From the NCBI GenBank assembly GCA_001784285.1, contig MFQC01000009.1, positions 8,828 through 72,827 of the forward strand: a stretch of 64,000 nt of DNA, given 5' to 3'. The translations under genes and the position numbers were made by a program. Positions 16,199 through 26,792 of this stretch are shown here, one piece after another (within the stretch, counting starts at the first letter, position 1; each line of letters begins with the position of its first letter). The DNA comes from Candidatus Magasanikbacteria bacterium RIFCSPHIGHO2_02_FULL_48_18. Lineage in GTDB: Bacteria > Patescibacteriota > Patescibacteriia > Magasanikbacterales > UBA922. Below the pieces are notes generated by a model. It searched no databases, was not told the origin of the DNA, and worked only from the letters and a program-made list of their open reading frames with translations.

Positions 16199-18283
16199 AT
16201 GCAAAAAAAAATACTCATCCCGTTTCTTTGCATGGCGGCGGTTATGGTTTTTTTGTTCTTTGCCCATCGTTCGAGCAATACACTCCGTGATGTATACCAA
16301 AAAAACGAGTCCGTGGCGGTGCGCGATCGGCATGGGGCGCTTCTCTCTGTACTCCCAAACCCCAAAGGATACTACGCCATCTATGCCACCTCGACGCCGC
16401 AATCATTTGCCGAGATGCTCATCGCAAAAGAAGATCGATTTTTTTATGCGCATCCGGGGATCAACCCGATCAGCACAATTCGAGGAGCCATTCGAGCGCT
16501 CGAAAACCGTCCTCCGACATCAAGCACGTTGGCCCAGCAACTGGTCAAAATTTTGCTTGAAAACGAACAAGAGCGCACTGTGCGAAACAAAATAACCGAA
16601 GCATGGTATGCGATTGCGCTTGAACTTTTTACGACCAAACATGAAATCCTCGAGATGTACGCCAATTCGGCTTATTTTGGAAACCAAATCCAGGGCGTTC
16701 ATTCGGCAAGTCTTTTTTATTTTGGCGCGCGTCCGGAGGCGCTCTCGACCGAGCAAACGCTTTCTCTTCTTGCCGCAATGAATGCGCCGTCGGCAGACCA
16801 CCCGTTTTCGGGAAGCAACGCAAAAAAAACCGAACTCCTCGCCAACCGGCTCAATATATCGTTCTCTCCGGATTCCTTTGCGCCGGTCACAATGACGCAG
16901 ACACCGGGCAATTTTTTTGTATCCCCGGAATTTTTTGAACTTCGAACAGCAGGCGTTTCCTGCGCCGCGTCGTGCCGTGTGTCGATTGACGAGGCATTGT
17001 CAAAAAAAATACGAGCCATTCTGAACCGCGACATTGAACGGCTTGCCGAACAATCCGTGCAAAACGGCGCCGTGGTTGTTTTTTCGTTTCCGAAAAATGA
17101 ACTCCTTGCCATGGTTGGTTCGCTCAATCCGCTTTCCGACCTACAGGCAAGCAAAATCAATATGGCCATCCAGCCCCGCCCGATCGGATCCACCATAAAA
17201 CCATTTTTGTTTCTCAAAGGATTTGAACAGGGTTTGCGACCGTATTCGCTGGTCGACGACCGCGAATATAAATACGCCATTGCCGATACGTTTGCGTTTT
17301 ATCCCAAAAACTACAATTACCAATACCATGGCATCGTATCCCTCCAATATGCCCTCGCAAACAGCCTCAACGTTCCGAGCGTGAAAGTCCTCGAATATAT
17401 CGGCCTTGATTCGTTTTACCACTTTTTGGAAGATGATCTCGGATTTTTACCGCTCCAGCCGCTCAATACCTATCAACTCGGCATCGCGCTTGGCGGCCTG
17501 GAAATGGATCTCTTAACCTTGAGTCATTATTTTACGATATTTTCACAGCACGGGATGCTCAAGCCTTTGGAGATAATGCAGGAAAACCCTGGACAACGGC
17601 TGTCCCCTCCCATGGAAAAAACTTTCCCACAACCAAAACTGATTGCCGACGATGCGTACATCCAATTGGTGAATGCAATCCTCAGTGATCGAAAAACCGG
17701 CATAGACGCGTTTGGCCTCGTCAGTCCATTCAATCTTTTCGCGGATAATTACGCGCTGAAAACCGGCACCTCGCGGGAATATCATGACAGCTGGATTATT
17801 GGATACACCCCAGACTTTTTGGTGGGCGTATGGGTGGGGAACGCGGACAATACGGCCATGGACGCGGTATCCGGCCAAAATGGCGCCGGACGCATTTGGC
17901 ACGACGTCATGGAAGTGTTGTTGAATTCTCCCTACCATCGGCGGACGCCATTTCCCGACGATGCGCTCACATCGCTATTGCTGAATGGAACGGCAACGCA
18001 TGGATTGCCCAAAGAAAGGCCGGAAGGCCATCTCAGTATCCTCCTTGACACGGTCATCATCACGAGTCCGCATCAAAGCGACGTTATCCTCCTTGAACCC
18101 CATACGGCCATTCCCCTTCATGCCAAAACATCCGTGGATTGGTTTGTGAACGATGTCTTTTTATCTTCCGGCCCGGACGCGCTGTTTGAGCCAACATCTG
18201 CGGGAACGTACCGGATACGGGCGATGCCAAAAGACGATAAGGGAAAAGAAGAAACCATCACGCTTTTTATTGAAGAAGGATAA
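16199..18283 (+). CDS. pbpC: penicillin-binding protein 1C (transglycosylase/transpeptidase)
   Basis: TM anchor; KEDRFFYAHPGI and STLAQQLVK transglycosylase motifs; STIK, SLN and KTG transpeptidase motifs; C-terminal PBP1C-like beta domain; adjacent to alpha-2-macroglobulin. Confidence 0.85.
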   Translation: MQKKILIPFLCMAAVMVFLFFAHRSSNTLRDVYQKNESVAVRDRHGALLSVLPNPKGYYAIYATSTPQSFAEMLIAKEDRFFYAHPGINPISTIRGAIRALENRPPTSSTLAQQLVKILLENEQERTVRNKITEAWYAIALELFTTKHEILEMYANSAYFGNQIQGVHSASLFYFGARPEALSTEQTLSLLAAMNAPSADHPFSGSNAKKTELLANRLNISFSPDSFAPVTMTQTPGNFFVSPEFFELRTAGVSCAASCRVSIDEALSKKIRAILNRDIERLAEQSVQNGAVVVFSFPKNELLAMVGSLNPLSDLQASKINMAIQPRPIGSTIKPFLFLKGFEQGLRPYSLVDDREYKYAIADTFAFYPKNYNYQYHGIVSLQYALANSLNVPSVKVLEYIGLDSFYHFLEDDLGFLPLQPLNTYQLGIALGGLEMDLLTLSHYFTIFSQHGMLKPLEIMQENPGQRLSPPMEKTFPQPKLIADDAYIQLVNAILSDRKTGIDAFGLVSPFNLFADNYALKTGTSREYHDSWIIGYTPDFLVGVWVGNADNTAMDAVSGQNGAGRIWHDVMEVLLNSPYHRRTPFPDDALTSLLLNGTATHGLPKERPEGHLSILLDTVIITSPHQSDVILLEPHTAIPLHAKTSVDWFVNDVFLSSGPDALFEPTSAGTYRIRAMPKDDKGKEETITLFIEEG

Positions 18284-18285
18284 AA

Positions 18286-21200
18286 TTATTGTTCTCCCTT
18301 TTCAATGGTAAACAGTCCGCCGTTTGTTCTCCCGAAATGTTCCGGAAAATACATTTCGCTTGCCATAGCCGGAAGATGATGAAAGGTCCCGGGAATGAGC
18401 GCGCGCACCGCGTAATCGATTTTGTAAACGCCGGGCGAGGCGTATTCTTTGAAAAGAAACAAGCGGTCATCATGCGTCTCTTGAAAATCCGGATAAAACC
18501 CGTAGGGGTCGTAATACCCGCCTTTGCCATAATACTCGTCGCTGTATTCGGTTTCTTCTTCCGTCTCGTAGCCGGAAAAAACGCTTTTATCCTCGGTCGC
18601 GAGGTTCATATTGACGAGCTCCATGCCGGCAGGAATCATATCTTCAATCGCAATAAAATTTCGCCCTTCAGGAATAGTGACGGTCAGGTGTCCGCGGAGC
18701 ACATCGCCGACCTTGGCGGAATTCAGCGGACGTTCCAGACGGACATCACTGAGCGCGTAGAGTCCTCGCTCGATCGTGAACCCCTGATCGCGCGGCGGTA
18801 TCTGTTCGATGGGTAAAAAATACTTGAGGGCAACGTCATAATACAATGTATTCTTTCGGGAATTCTTTGCCGATTTTGTGAAAGTAAGAGCGTTATTTTT
18901 GTTGAATGGAATATCGCCGAGCGGAATTGCTGTTTCATACTGGTCAAAAATCGTCTCCGGACCAAACGCGTACGATCCTTTCTCGCGCTCATTCAAAGAA
19001 ACTGCCAGGTCAAAGACCGACTCGGTTTCTCTTTGCCACAACAGATAGTCGGTCAAGGCGTCGGCCACAGTGACCGTATTGTTGGTCGATCCCCAGGCGC
19101 CCTGGTTGTCTCTTCCTGCCAACACCCACCGCAGGAGCTTGTCCAAAATATCGTTGTCCCGTTCGTCTTTTGCCAGGGCTTGAATATAGAGCGCCGTATT
19201 TTTTATCGGGGTTTCATAATAGTGATACAACGCTTGTTTGCCCGACGAAACAAAAGCGCCGCGCGCGTCAATGACGACGCGGTTATCCAGTTGTTTGAAG
19301 ACCGTGTCCTTTATTTTTTTACTGTATCCATCCAACACCACCATTGCGAGCTTTGCCAAGGCGACACTGCTCGCGTCTTCCTTAAGGTATTGATCATCGC
19401 CGACCAGCTGAAGAACTTTTTGTTTCATGGCCGACGATTGTTTTCCGTCATCTCCGGTGACAAAGGCGGCAAGAATAACGGCATCGTAATTTTTTGCATA
19501 CATGTCGCTTTGCAAAACCGTTTGACGCACATAGGCGACCGCCCGCTCCACGCTTGACGTATCAACCGAAAAACCAGCTTTATCCAAACGCTTGAGCACA
19601 TCAAGAATATGGATGGTGAGATAAAAATCGCTCGATCCGGCATAATAGCGAAACCCTCCGTCGCTGTTTTGTTTGGTATAGATGTCGCTCAGCCCTTTCT
19701 GAACGAGCGCATCAAGATCATATTCTGCCCCCTCAAAGAAAATCGGGCCAAGCGATAGTTTGTCGCCCACGTTTTTGAGCTGTTTGGCCCGCGCAAAGGC
19801 GGCAATGGTTTCAAGTTTGCTCGCGATTTGTTCCGAACAGCCGTACGGATAGTCAATCATGGACTGAAACGCGTCGCTCAAAAATACGGCGAGGGTCGCG
19901 CTTGCCTTAACCGTCACGCCGCCTTTGTCCGGAACAACATTGCCGGGAATATACACATATTCTTTGGCAACCGGCTGGGCGGTATAATTGGCGGTCGCAA
20001 CGGTTTCGTGCGTCTGATTCGGCGTGATGGGAATTGTACCCTCAACCGTATCGTCATACGCGTCATTTTTGACCGATGCGACAAAGCGGTGAAGCCCCCG
20101 TTCGCGGCCTTTCGGCGCGACTGCGTCAACGTATATCGTTTTGGTTTCGCCCGCCGAGAGCGTGATTTTTTCCTCGACCGTTTCCGGCAAAGACAGCGAA
20201 TCGCTCTTGAGGGTAAACGTCAGCTTTTGTTTTTTGCCGGACTGGTTGAAAACCTTCGCGCCAATTGAAAAGGCATCGCCCGGAACAACAAACCGAGGCG
20301 CAAGCGGGGTCAACATCACGTCTTTTTTGGAGACAAAGTCGGCGTATCCCGCGCCAACCTTGGTATCCTTGGTGACTCCCACCAATTCCGCCTGCCACTG
20401 CGTGAGATTATCCGGAAGGCGAAACGACGCGCTGGCTTTTCCGTTTGCATCGGTTTCAACAACGGCCTGCCAAAATGCGGTGTCCAAAAATGTTCCGCGT
20501 TTCTTTTTGGCAAGATCCCCTTCGTCGCCGCCTCCGCCCCCGCCTTTTCCGGGGGCGATATTCACCTCATGCAAGATATTTTTAATGTTGCTCGCGGTTG
20601 ATACGGTGAGCGGAAATCCATTATAGAAAAAAACCACCGGATTCTTTTTCGGGTTGCCTTTCAGGGCAAGAACACTCATATCCACGACGGCAACGGACAG
20701 TTCGGCTTGCACCGGTTTGCCTTCGTGGTCGCGCACCTCAAACGACAATGCCACGTCTTCTCCCGGAAGATAATTGGACTTGCCGGGTGTGACGTCAATC
20801 GTCAAATCTTTTTGATCGCGTCCGATAAAAAACTCCTGTTCGCCGAATTTGACATCAGGATCCGGCGAGAGAAGAACAACCGACGCGGAAATGTTCGGAA
20901 TATAGGCCTCGGCTATGGGAAACGTATAGCGATACATGTTGCCGGAAATATCGACGACGTCATAGCGATAGATGTTGCCCCGCTCAATGGCAATCAGCGC
21001 TTTTGCCTTTTCATAAGGAGATTGAATGATGATCTCCGCTTCTTCGCCCACGTCAAGCGTCGTATCGTTCACAATAAGGGAAAGCGACGTATCGTTTGAC
21101 GGGCGCACATCGGCAGGCCCGGTTCCATACACATACACGCGCGACGTTCCCGCGACCTCGTTGCCGCGGCCGTCTTTCCCGGAAACGCGCAGTTCATAGG

Positions 21201-24200
21201 TGCCCTCTTCTTCCAGCGTAACCGACTCTTCCGCATTTCCATCGCGGTCTGTTTGTATCGTTTTCGTGACAACAGGGGTGCGTTTTTCTTCCCAGCGATA
21301 ATAATAGCCGCCGTCCACTTCTTTGCGCTTGTATTCAACCCATTCCAGCCTGTTGACGACAAAATTCATGTCTGACACGCCGCGCGGCTTTCCTCGGGTA
21401 TCAACCGTCTTTACTTTTACGGTAAATGGCTCTTTGGGAGTCAAAAACGATTCGGCCGCGCCGACGCCCGCATACCATTCTCCGGCGTGAAGAATAAAAG
21501 ATGCTTCGGTCGCGATGCTTTGCCCGGTGGCATTTTTGACGGTGATATTCACCACAATAATTTTGCTCTCTTGATCGGTTGCATCCGGAAAAAATTTCTT
21601 GAGATCAAGCGCTTCGCGAATAACGGCTTTTCCGTCCGGCGAAAGCGGAATGGTTTTGCGAAAGAGAAAACTGTCTCCATACGAACACTCCCAAAAACAG
21701 CCATACCACCCGGAGCCAAACGCAGTGACATCATCTTCATACCGATCAAAATAATAATTTTGACTGCTCACGGTGTATGTCACTTCTCCCCCTTCAACCG
21801 GCGGACCAAAATAATACGACGCCCCAACGTCAAGAACCATGGCGTCTCCGGAAATATATTCCTGTTTGTCGGGACGCGCGGTCACCTGGAAGGCCGCCGG
21901 CACATATTCTTCCACGTCAAAATAGGCGCAGTCATATTTAGAACACGCGCGATAAGTCCCGAGGGCCGCATCGACGCCCAAATGGAACGATGTCGCAAAC
22001 GTCCCATACGCGGTGAGAGACGCTTCCTTTGCTTCCACCTCTTCTCCTTCGCTGTCAACAAGAGTAATCGTGACGTTTTGGTCTTGAAATATCTCATAGG
22101 CGCCGTCATACCCAACACGATAAATCCCTTTCAGTTCTACCGTATGGCCGGGCCGATAAATGGGGCGATCCGTATACATAAAAATTCTCCTCGCCTGAAA
22201 TGCGGATTCTCGGTAGCGAAAAGCGGTGTCCGACTCGGCGATAAGCGCGGAATCTTGGCCGGACCGAACAACCGCGCCAACCAGACGGTTGGCCGTCTTC
22301 GTCCGCGCAATGCCTTTCTCATCCGTTGTCGAGGTTTCTTCAAGGACAATTCCAAACGCATCTTTTTGCCCGCTCTCGCGATAGAGAGACACAGACGCGA
22401 GAGAGACCGGTGCGAGCGTATGCATGTTTGTCACCCAATAGATATTTTGGAGCGCGTCCAGTTGTTGCCGATTCAACACGTCCGGAGAATCCGGAGTTTC
22501 AAAACGACTCACTTGTTTTTCCAAAACGGACATGTTGGTCACCGTCAGATAGGTGCGCTCATATACCCGCTCGCGCGTGTCTCCCTGCGTCGTATAGTCC
22601 GGATGAGAAAAGGTAAGGACGTAATGCCCAAGAGGCGACGCCACATATTCCTTCACATCAACATGAAAAAAATTCTTTATCCAATATCGCTTTGGAAGCG
22701 CCACCCGATGCTCCGACCGCCCGACACAATCGGGAATCGCCTGCGGCCCAACGGTCGCGGATGGTTTTTGATTGAGATAAAAAAGCATGCGCTCGGGCAA
22801 GAGCTGACAGATCTCCATGTCAATATATTCCAAATTTTCAACCGCGTATGTGAGCGAAGTCTTGGCGGGAGACGTGACGGTGTATTGTTTCTGATACGAA
22901 TAAAAATTTGTTGTATAGGGCGGCAGAGGACCGGTTTTGAATGTCACTGATCGTTCGGCGGTTTGCCCAAAGTGGTCTTCCACGGAAACTCGCACCGTAT
23001 AATCGGTCTCCGGCATAAGGCCGTATCGCAAGCGTGTGGCAAACAAACCTACCGCGCAAGGAGGATTGCTGTTATTGTTTGGAGTGACTCGATAGGACGA
23101 ACCCCACTCATAAAATTGATACGCGGGCGTAATATGTAACACCTCATCAATATGGGCAAGATCGGGTCGGACGAGCGGAGTCGGCGTGCACAGCGTCAGC
23201 TCAGCAAGCGTGTCTTCCGGGTTGGGGGCCATCGCATCAATCCGAAGCGATTGAAACGACGTGATCGCGTATGGAATATCCTCGGTATTCAATTGAAAAC
23301 CTTCTTGATTGACGATTTTTTTCAAAAGAACATCAATGGTTTGCCCTTTTTGAATTTGCGATGCGTCAAAAGACAAGAACAGGCGAGTGCGGTCTTCTTC
23401 TTTTTCACAGGCGATGTCATCGGAAATTTCTTCACCTGGCTCCAATTCCGCGCATTTTTCTCCATACACAATGTTTTTGAGATGGTTGGCTTCAATACGG
23501 GTTTTCCCCAAATCAATATCCTCATAAAACGCAATTGCCAAACTTCCTTCCGGGTCAAACACATCGGTTTCAACCGACGAAGAACGGTCTGAAACCGCAG
23601 TGAGACTTTCCACAATATCGGACGCTACAACCACTGTCTCGCGCTCCTCTTCCAAAATAATGTTTCCTTCTTGGGGGAATGCCTTATTCACCATAAGCCG
23701 GTAGGACGTGTTGAAATCCCAGAGCTTTTTTCGTCCATGACGATCATATTCCTGATACACACGCAAAACCGACGGGTCAATCGCTTCATGCGATGTTTTT
23801 CCGCCGTCGTCCGGCACTCGCATCGTTCCATACTCAACCACGATATTGACGTCTTTCTGTTCCGTCTCGCTATACACGCGAATTTCCTTTTCTGTTTTGT
23901 CCTTATCAACCGGCTGGTTGAATCGAATAATCATGGGCTGATTATATGTGATTCCGTCGCTCGTGAGCGAAACATACCGAAGAACGCGCGTCTGAAACCG
24001 GTGTTCCAAGGGCGCCACGGACAATCCTTCAATCGAGGCAAAATTCGATCCGATACGGACGAGATACTCTGAAGAACGCACAAGATCATCCGTGGGAATA
24101 AACTGAAGATTCCGCGTGCTGATCCAGCGAAATATCCCTTCGGTTTTTGGAGTAATCTCGACAGGGATATCCGCTGACGCTGTCGCATCAATGGTCGTAA

Positions 24201-24756
24201 TCGGGACCATAGGCCGGTTGAACACAATGGTAATGGCGGCATCTTCATTCGTTTCGGAATCTGCCGCCGGAAATATGGCGGACACCGCCGGATTTTCATC
24301 AACAAAAAATTCATGCCGCATCGTGCTTGAGCTTGAGACAAGCGCCAATTCCACCGCGTAATATTTTCCAACGTCCAAATCTTTTTTGGGTTTGTAGAGA
24401 ACGGTCTCTTGGTCGGAGGATTCGAGCCATTCCCCTTTTATGTCAGGATAAAAAGTAATGTTTTCTTGCGCACTCGCAGGCTCCACGCCTTCCGGAAGAT
24501 GAATGGGAATAGGCGCGCTTTTTGACACCGTATCGCTCGTCAACGCATATGCCGTGCCATAGGAACGCCCAATAGGCCCCCGTTTATACTCCTGCCACAA
24601 GGCGTACCCGCCAAATATGAGGATGACAACAATCAAAAAAATACCCGCGCCAACAAATGGCGCCGGCAGAGAACGGCGAGGGGTTTCCAAAGCATCCTTT
24701 CCGACATTTGGACGAATATAATCCCGAAAACGACGAACAAGAGAAAGAAGCGACAT
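18286..24756 (-). CDS. bacterial alpha-2-macroglobulin family protein
   Basis: YTDRPIYRPG (MG domain), FRLPDNLTQW, thioester motif YPYGCSEQ, C-terminal EMYFPEHFGR; N-terminal TM anchor and Ig-like domains. Confidence 0.92.
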   Translation of the reverse strand: MSLLSLVRRFRDYIRPNVGKDALETPRRSLPAPFVGAGIFLIVVILIFGGYALWQEYKRGPIGRSYGTAYALTSDTVSKSAPIPIHLPEGVEPASAQENITFYPDIKGEWLESSDQETVLYKPKKDLDVGKYYAVELALVSSSSTMRHEFFVDENPAVSAIFPAADSETNEDAAITIVFNRPMVPITTIDATASADIPVEITPKTEGIFRWISTRNLQFIPTDDLVRSSEYLVRIGSNFASIEGLSVAPLEHRFQTRVLRYVSLTSDGITYNQPMIIRFNQPVDKDKTEKEIRVYSETEQKDVNIVVEYGTMRVPDDGGKTSHEAIDPSVLRVYQEYDRHGRKKLWDFNTSYRLMVNKAFPQEGNIILEEERETVVVASDIVESLTAVSDRSSSVETDVFDPEGSLAIAFYEDIDLGKTRIEANHLKNIVYGEKCAELEPGEEISDDIACEKEEDRTRLFLSFDASQIQKGQTIDVLLKKIVNQEGFQLNTEDIPYAITSFQSLRIDAMAPNPEDTLAELTLCTPTPLVRPDLAHIDEVLHITPAYQFYEWGSSYRVTPNNNSNPPCAVGLFATRLRYGLMPETDYTVRVSVEDHFGQTAERSVTFKTGPLPPYTTNFYSYQKQYTVTSPAKTSLTYAVENLEYIDMEICQLLPERMLFYLNQKPSATVGPQAIPDCVGRSEHRVALPKRYWIKNFFHVDVKEYVASPLGHYVLTFSHPDYTTQGDTRERVYERTYLTVTNMSVLEKQVSRFETPDSPDVLNRQQLDALQNIYWVTNMHTLAPVSLASVSLYRESGQKDAFGIVLEETSTTDEKGIARTKTANRLVGAVVRSGQDSALIAESDTAFRYRESAFQARRIFMYTDRPIYRPGHTVELKGIYRVGYDGAYEIFQDQNVTITLVDSEGEEVEAKEASLTAYGTFATSFHLGVDAALGTYRACSKYDCAYFDVEEYVPAAFQVTARPDKQEYISGDAMVLDVGASYYFGPPVEGGEVTYTVSSQNYYFDRYEDDVTAFGSGWYGCFWECSYGDSFLFRKTIPLSPDGKAVIREALDLKKFFPDATDQESKIIVVNITVKNATGQSIATEASFILHAGEWYAGVGAAESFLTPKEPFTVKVKTVDTRGKPRGVSDMNFVVNRLEWVEYKRKEVDGGYYYRWEEKRTPVVTKTIQTDRDGNAEESVTLEEEGTYELRVSGKDGRGNEVAGTSRVYVYGTGPADVRPSNDTSLSLIVNDTTLDVGEEAEIIIQSPYEKAKALIAIERGNIYRYDVVDISGNMYRYTFPIAEAYIPNISASVVLLSPDPDVKFGEQEFFIGRDQKDLTIDVTPGKSNYLPGEDVALSFEVRDHEGKPVQAELSVAVVDMSVLALKGNPKKNPVVFFYNGFPLTVSTASNIKNILHEVNIAPGKGGGGGGDEGDLAKKKRGTFLDTAFWQAVVETDANGKASASFRLPDNLTQWQAELVGVTKDTKVGAGYADFVSKKDVMLTPLAPRFVVPGDAFSIGAKVFNQSGKKQKLTFTLKSDSLSLPETVEEKITLSAGETKTIYVDAVAPKGRERGLHRFVASVKNDAYDDTVEGTIPITPNQTHETVATANYTAQPVAKEYVYIPGNVVPDKGGVTVKASATLAVFLSDAFQSMIDYPYGCSEQIASKLETIAAFARAKQLKNVGDKLSLGPIFFEGAEYDLDALVQKGLSDIYTKQNSDGGFRYYAGSSDFYLTIHILDVLKRLDKAGFSVDTSSVERAVAYVRQTVLQSDMYAKNYDAVILAAFVTGDDGKQSSAMKQKVLQLVGDDQYLKEDASSVALAKLAMVVLDGYSKKIKDTVFKQLDNRVVIDARGAFVSSGKQALYHYYETPIKNTALYIQALAKDERDNDILDKLLRWVLAGRDNQGAWGSTNNTVTVADALTDYLLWQRETESVFDLAVSLNEREKGSYAFGPETIFDQYETAIPLGDIPFNKNNALTFTKSAKNSRKNTLYYDVALKYFLPIEQIPPRDQGFTIERGLYALSDVRLERPLNSAKVGDVLRGHLTVTIPEGRNFIAIEDMIPAGMELVNMNLATEDKSVFSGYETEEETEYSDEYYGKGGYYDPYGFYPDFQETHDDRLFLFKEYASPGVYKIDYAVRALIPGTFHHLPAMASEMYFPEHFGRTNGGLFTIEKGEQ

Positions 24757-24789
24757 AAAAAATATACACAAGAACTTTTATGTATCGTC

Positions 24790-25641
24790 TCACAACCCAA
24801 TTTTCCTGTCAATCAAGGCATTTGCCAACTGCACCCACTGTTCTGCCGAGAGCGCTTCGGCGCGAATTTTTTCATCGCGAGAGACCTGCCGAAAAATCTC
24901 CTGAATACGCGACGGCGGGACGTTGAACTCTTTTGCAATTTGCGGTATTGCCTGTTTTCGCTTATGGGCAAAACCGGCCCGGACCAAACGGAAAAAGAAA
25001 TCATCAAACGCGTGAGAGCGGCTTTTTTCTTGAATATCACCAATGGCGACAACTGCAGAATCAACCTTTGGCACCGGCCAAAATAATTCTTTTGGCACAT
25101 ATCCTGCAATGCGCGGACGGCCAACATATTGAACCGACACGGCCAGCAAACTCATATCCCCCGGCTTCGCGCATATGCGATCCGCAACTTCTTTTTGCAC
25201 CATGACCACAATAGTTCTCGGACGTTTTTCGAGCGTTAAAATCATCCGAAGTATGTTGCTGGTGATATGATACGGGAGATTGGCCGCCACAACATATCCT
25301 GCCGGCAATGTGTCCGCCATTTTCGGAAGCTGATACAACGCATTTCCCCAATGGATGGTTATGTTTTTTTGTTGCGCCGCCTGCTCGTCCCAAAACGGGC
25401 GTATCTTTTTCTCAATTTCAAACGCGATCACGCATTTCACGCGCGCGGCAAGCGGGAGAGTGAGGACGCCGAATCCCGGCCCAATTTCGACAACGGTGTC
25501 ACTCGGTTGAAGATTGGCCGCGTCAATCATTGTTTGAATAACATGATGAGACAATAGATAATGCTGTCCGTAGTGTTTGCTTGGAGCAAGATGATATTTC
25601 TCGCATAGTTCTTTTAGGTGAGAAACAGACATATGATTCAT
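24790..25641 (-). CDS. rsmA: 16S rRNA m6,2A dimethyltransferase RsmA/KsgA
   Basis: YGQHYL, VEIGPGFG, ANLPYHIT, QKEVADRI, PVPKVDS; start 25641 has an ATGA overlap and GGAGG. Confidence 0.93.
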   Translation of the reverse strand: MNHMSVSHLKELCEKYHLAPSKHYGQHYLLSHHVIQTMIDAANLQPSDTVVEIGPGFGVLTLPLAARVKCVIAFEIEKKIRPFWDEQAAQQKNITIHWGNALYQLPKMADTLPAGYVVAANLPYHITSNILRMILTLEKRPRTIVVMVQKEVADRICAKPGDMSLLAVSVQYVGRPRIAGYVPKELFWPVPKVDSAVVAIGDIQEKSRSHAFDDFFFRLVRAGFAHKRKQAIPQIAKEFNVPPSRIQEIFRQVSRDEKIRAEALSAEQWVQLANALIDRKIGL

Positions 25642-26792
25642 AATGAAACCTCCTCCAGTTTCAATCCCGCGTCCGTATACCGATTCGCCGCATTCCACAA
25701 AAGCCACCCCGCGTCGGTAGCGGTTTCCACAGCATCAATTTGGGCGCGGATATTCTCGGCGCCATAGATTGCGCCAAGATGAAACGCCTGAATCCATGGA
25801 CGAATCTTTGCCCGCTTACCGGCGACATATGGCATCCCCTGTTCCATGCCATGCGCGATCACTTCTCCCGGAAACGCCGCGGGATTATCGAGCCCGAGAT
25901 GCCCGGCCGGATAATGAGAGGGATACATCATGGGAGAAATATAATCAACCGAGTCAACCGCGTCTTCCAATCTCTGCCCGATATTCATGCCGTCATGGCG
26001 CTCCATGACAAACCCAAACATATCAACCGAAATCCATGCCGGTTCTTCCGCCATCTCTTGGCCTAAAAAAAAGAAAAAATCACCCATTACATCATACGAA
26101 GGACGCGTCTCATCATGATACACTGCGGTACTGATATCGCCATCGGATGGAAAGCGAACATAGTCAAAATTAATTTCGTCAAAGCCCAAGGAAACCGCCT
26201 CTTTTGCGATTGCTATATTATAGTTCCACACGTCGGTCACGCTCGGGTCAACCCACGCCAAACCTTTATGATCGCGCCAGACCCCTCCGCCGATTTGCTG
26301 GACCGCCCATTCCGGTTTTTTTTCAGCGAGCAATGGATCTTGAAATACGGTCTGTCGAGCAATCACATACATATTATGCTCATGCAAAAGAGAAATGAGC
26401 GCGGGAAGGTCATGAATCCTCTTTTTTTGAGTGCCAAGGGCAGCCACGGCGGGAACCGAACTCTCATATAACACGCTCCCGCTATAATCTTTGATATCAA
26501 TGATGACCGCGTTCAATTCGGTCGCATCAGAGAGCGCAATAATTTCTTTAATTTTTTCTTCACGCGACGCGGAGTACGCCGTGAGATAGACTCCTTTGAC
26601 CGTTTTGGCCGGCGGTTTTTCTCTGTTTTGTTCCATTATTGTTTCATCGACCGAAGACGCCATCGCAAAAGAAGGAAAAGGCAGGGTGCGCGACACCAAA
26701 ACAACGAGCGAAAAAATAACTGCAACAATTGACGAAAAGAAAAAGAGCAGAAGAAAGAAGAGCGCGCGAAAATGGCTGGAGGAGAACATCAT
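25638..26792 (-). CDS. putative glycoside hydrolase (DUF4015-like TIM barrel), membrane anchored
   Basis: KGVYLT, NAVIIDIKD, GFDEINFDYVRFP, PMMYPSHY, RPWIQAF. Confidence 0.8.
   Translation of the reverse strand: MMFSSSHFRALFFLLLFFFSSIVAVIFSLVVLVSRTLPFPSFAMASSVDETIMEQNREKPPAKTVKGVYLTAYSASREEKIKEIIALSDATELNAVIIDIKDYSGSVLYESSVPAVAALGTQKKRIHDLPALISLLHEHNMYVIARQTVFQDPLLAEKKPEWAVQQIGGGVWRDHKGLAWVDPSVTDVWNYNIAIAKEAVSLGFDEINFDYVRFPSDGDISTAVYHDETRPSYDVMGDFFFFLGQEMAEEPAWISVDMFGFVMERHDGMNIGQRLEDAVDSVDYISPMMYPSHYPAGHLGLDNPAAFPGEVIAHGMEQGMPYVAGKRAKIRPWIQAFHLGAIYGAENIRAQIDAVETATDAGWLLWNAANRYTDAGLKLEEVSL

Noticed and set aside
21487-22950. 487-aa plus-strand ORF
   Set aside because: Antisense shadow of the alpha-2-macroglobulin gene.
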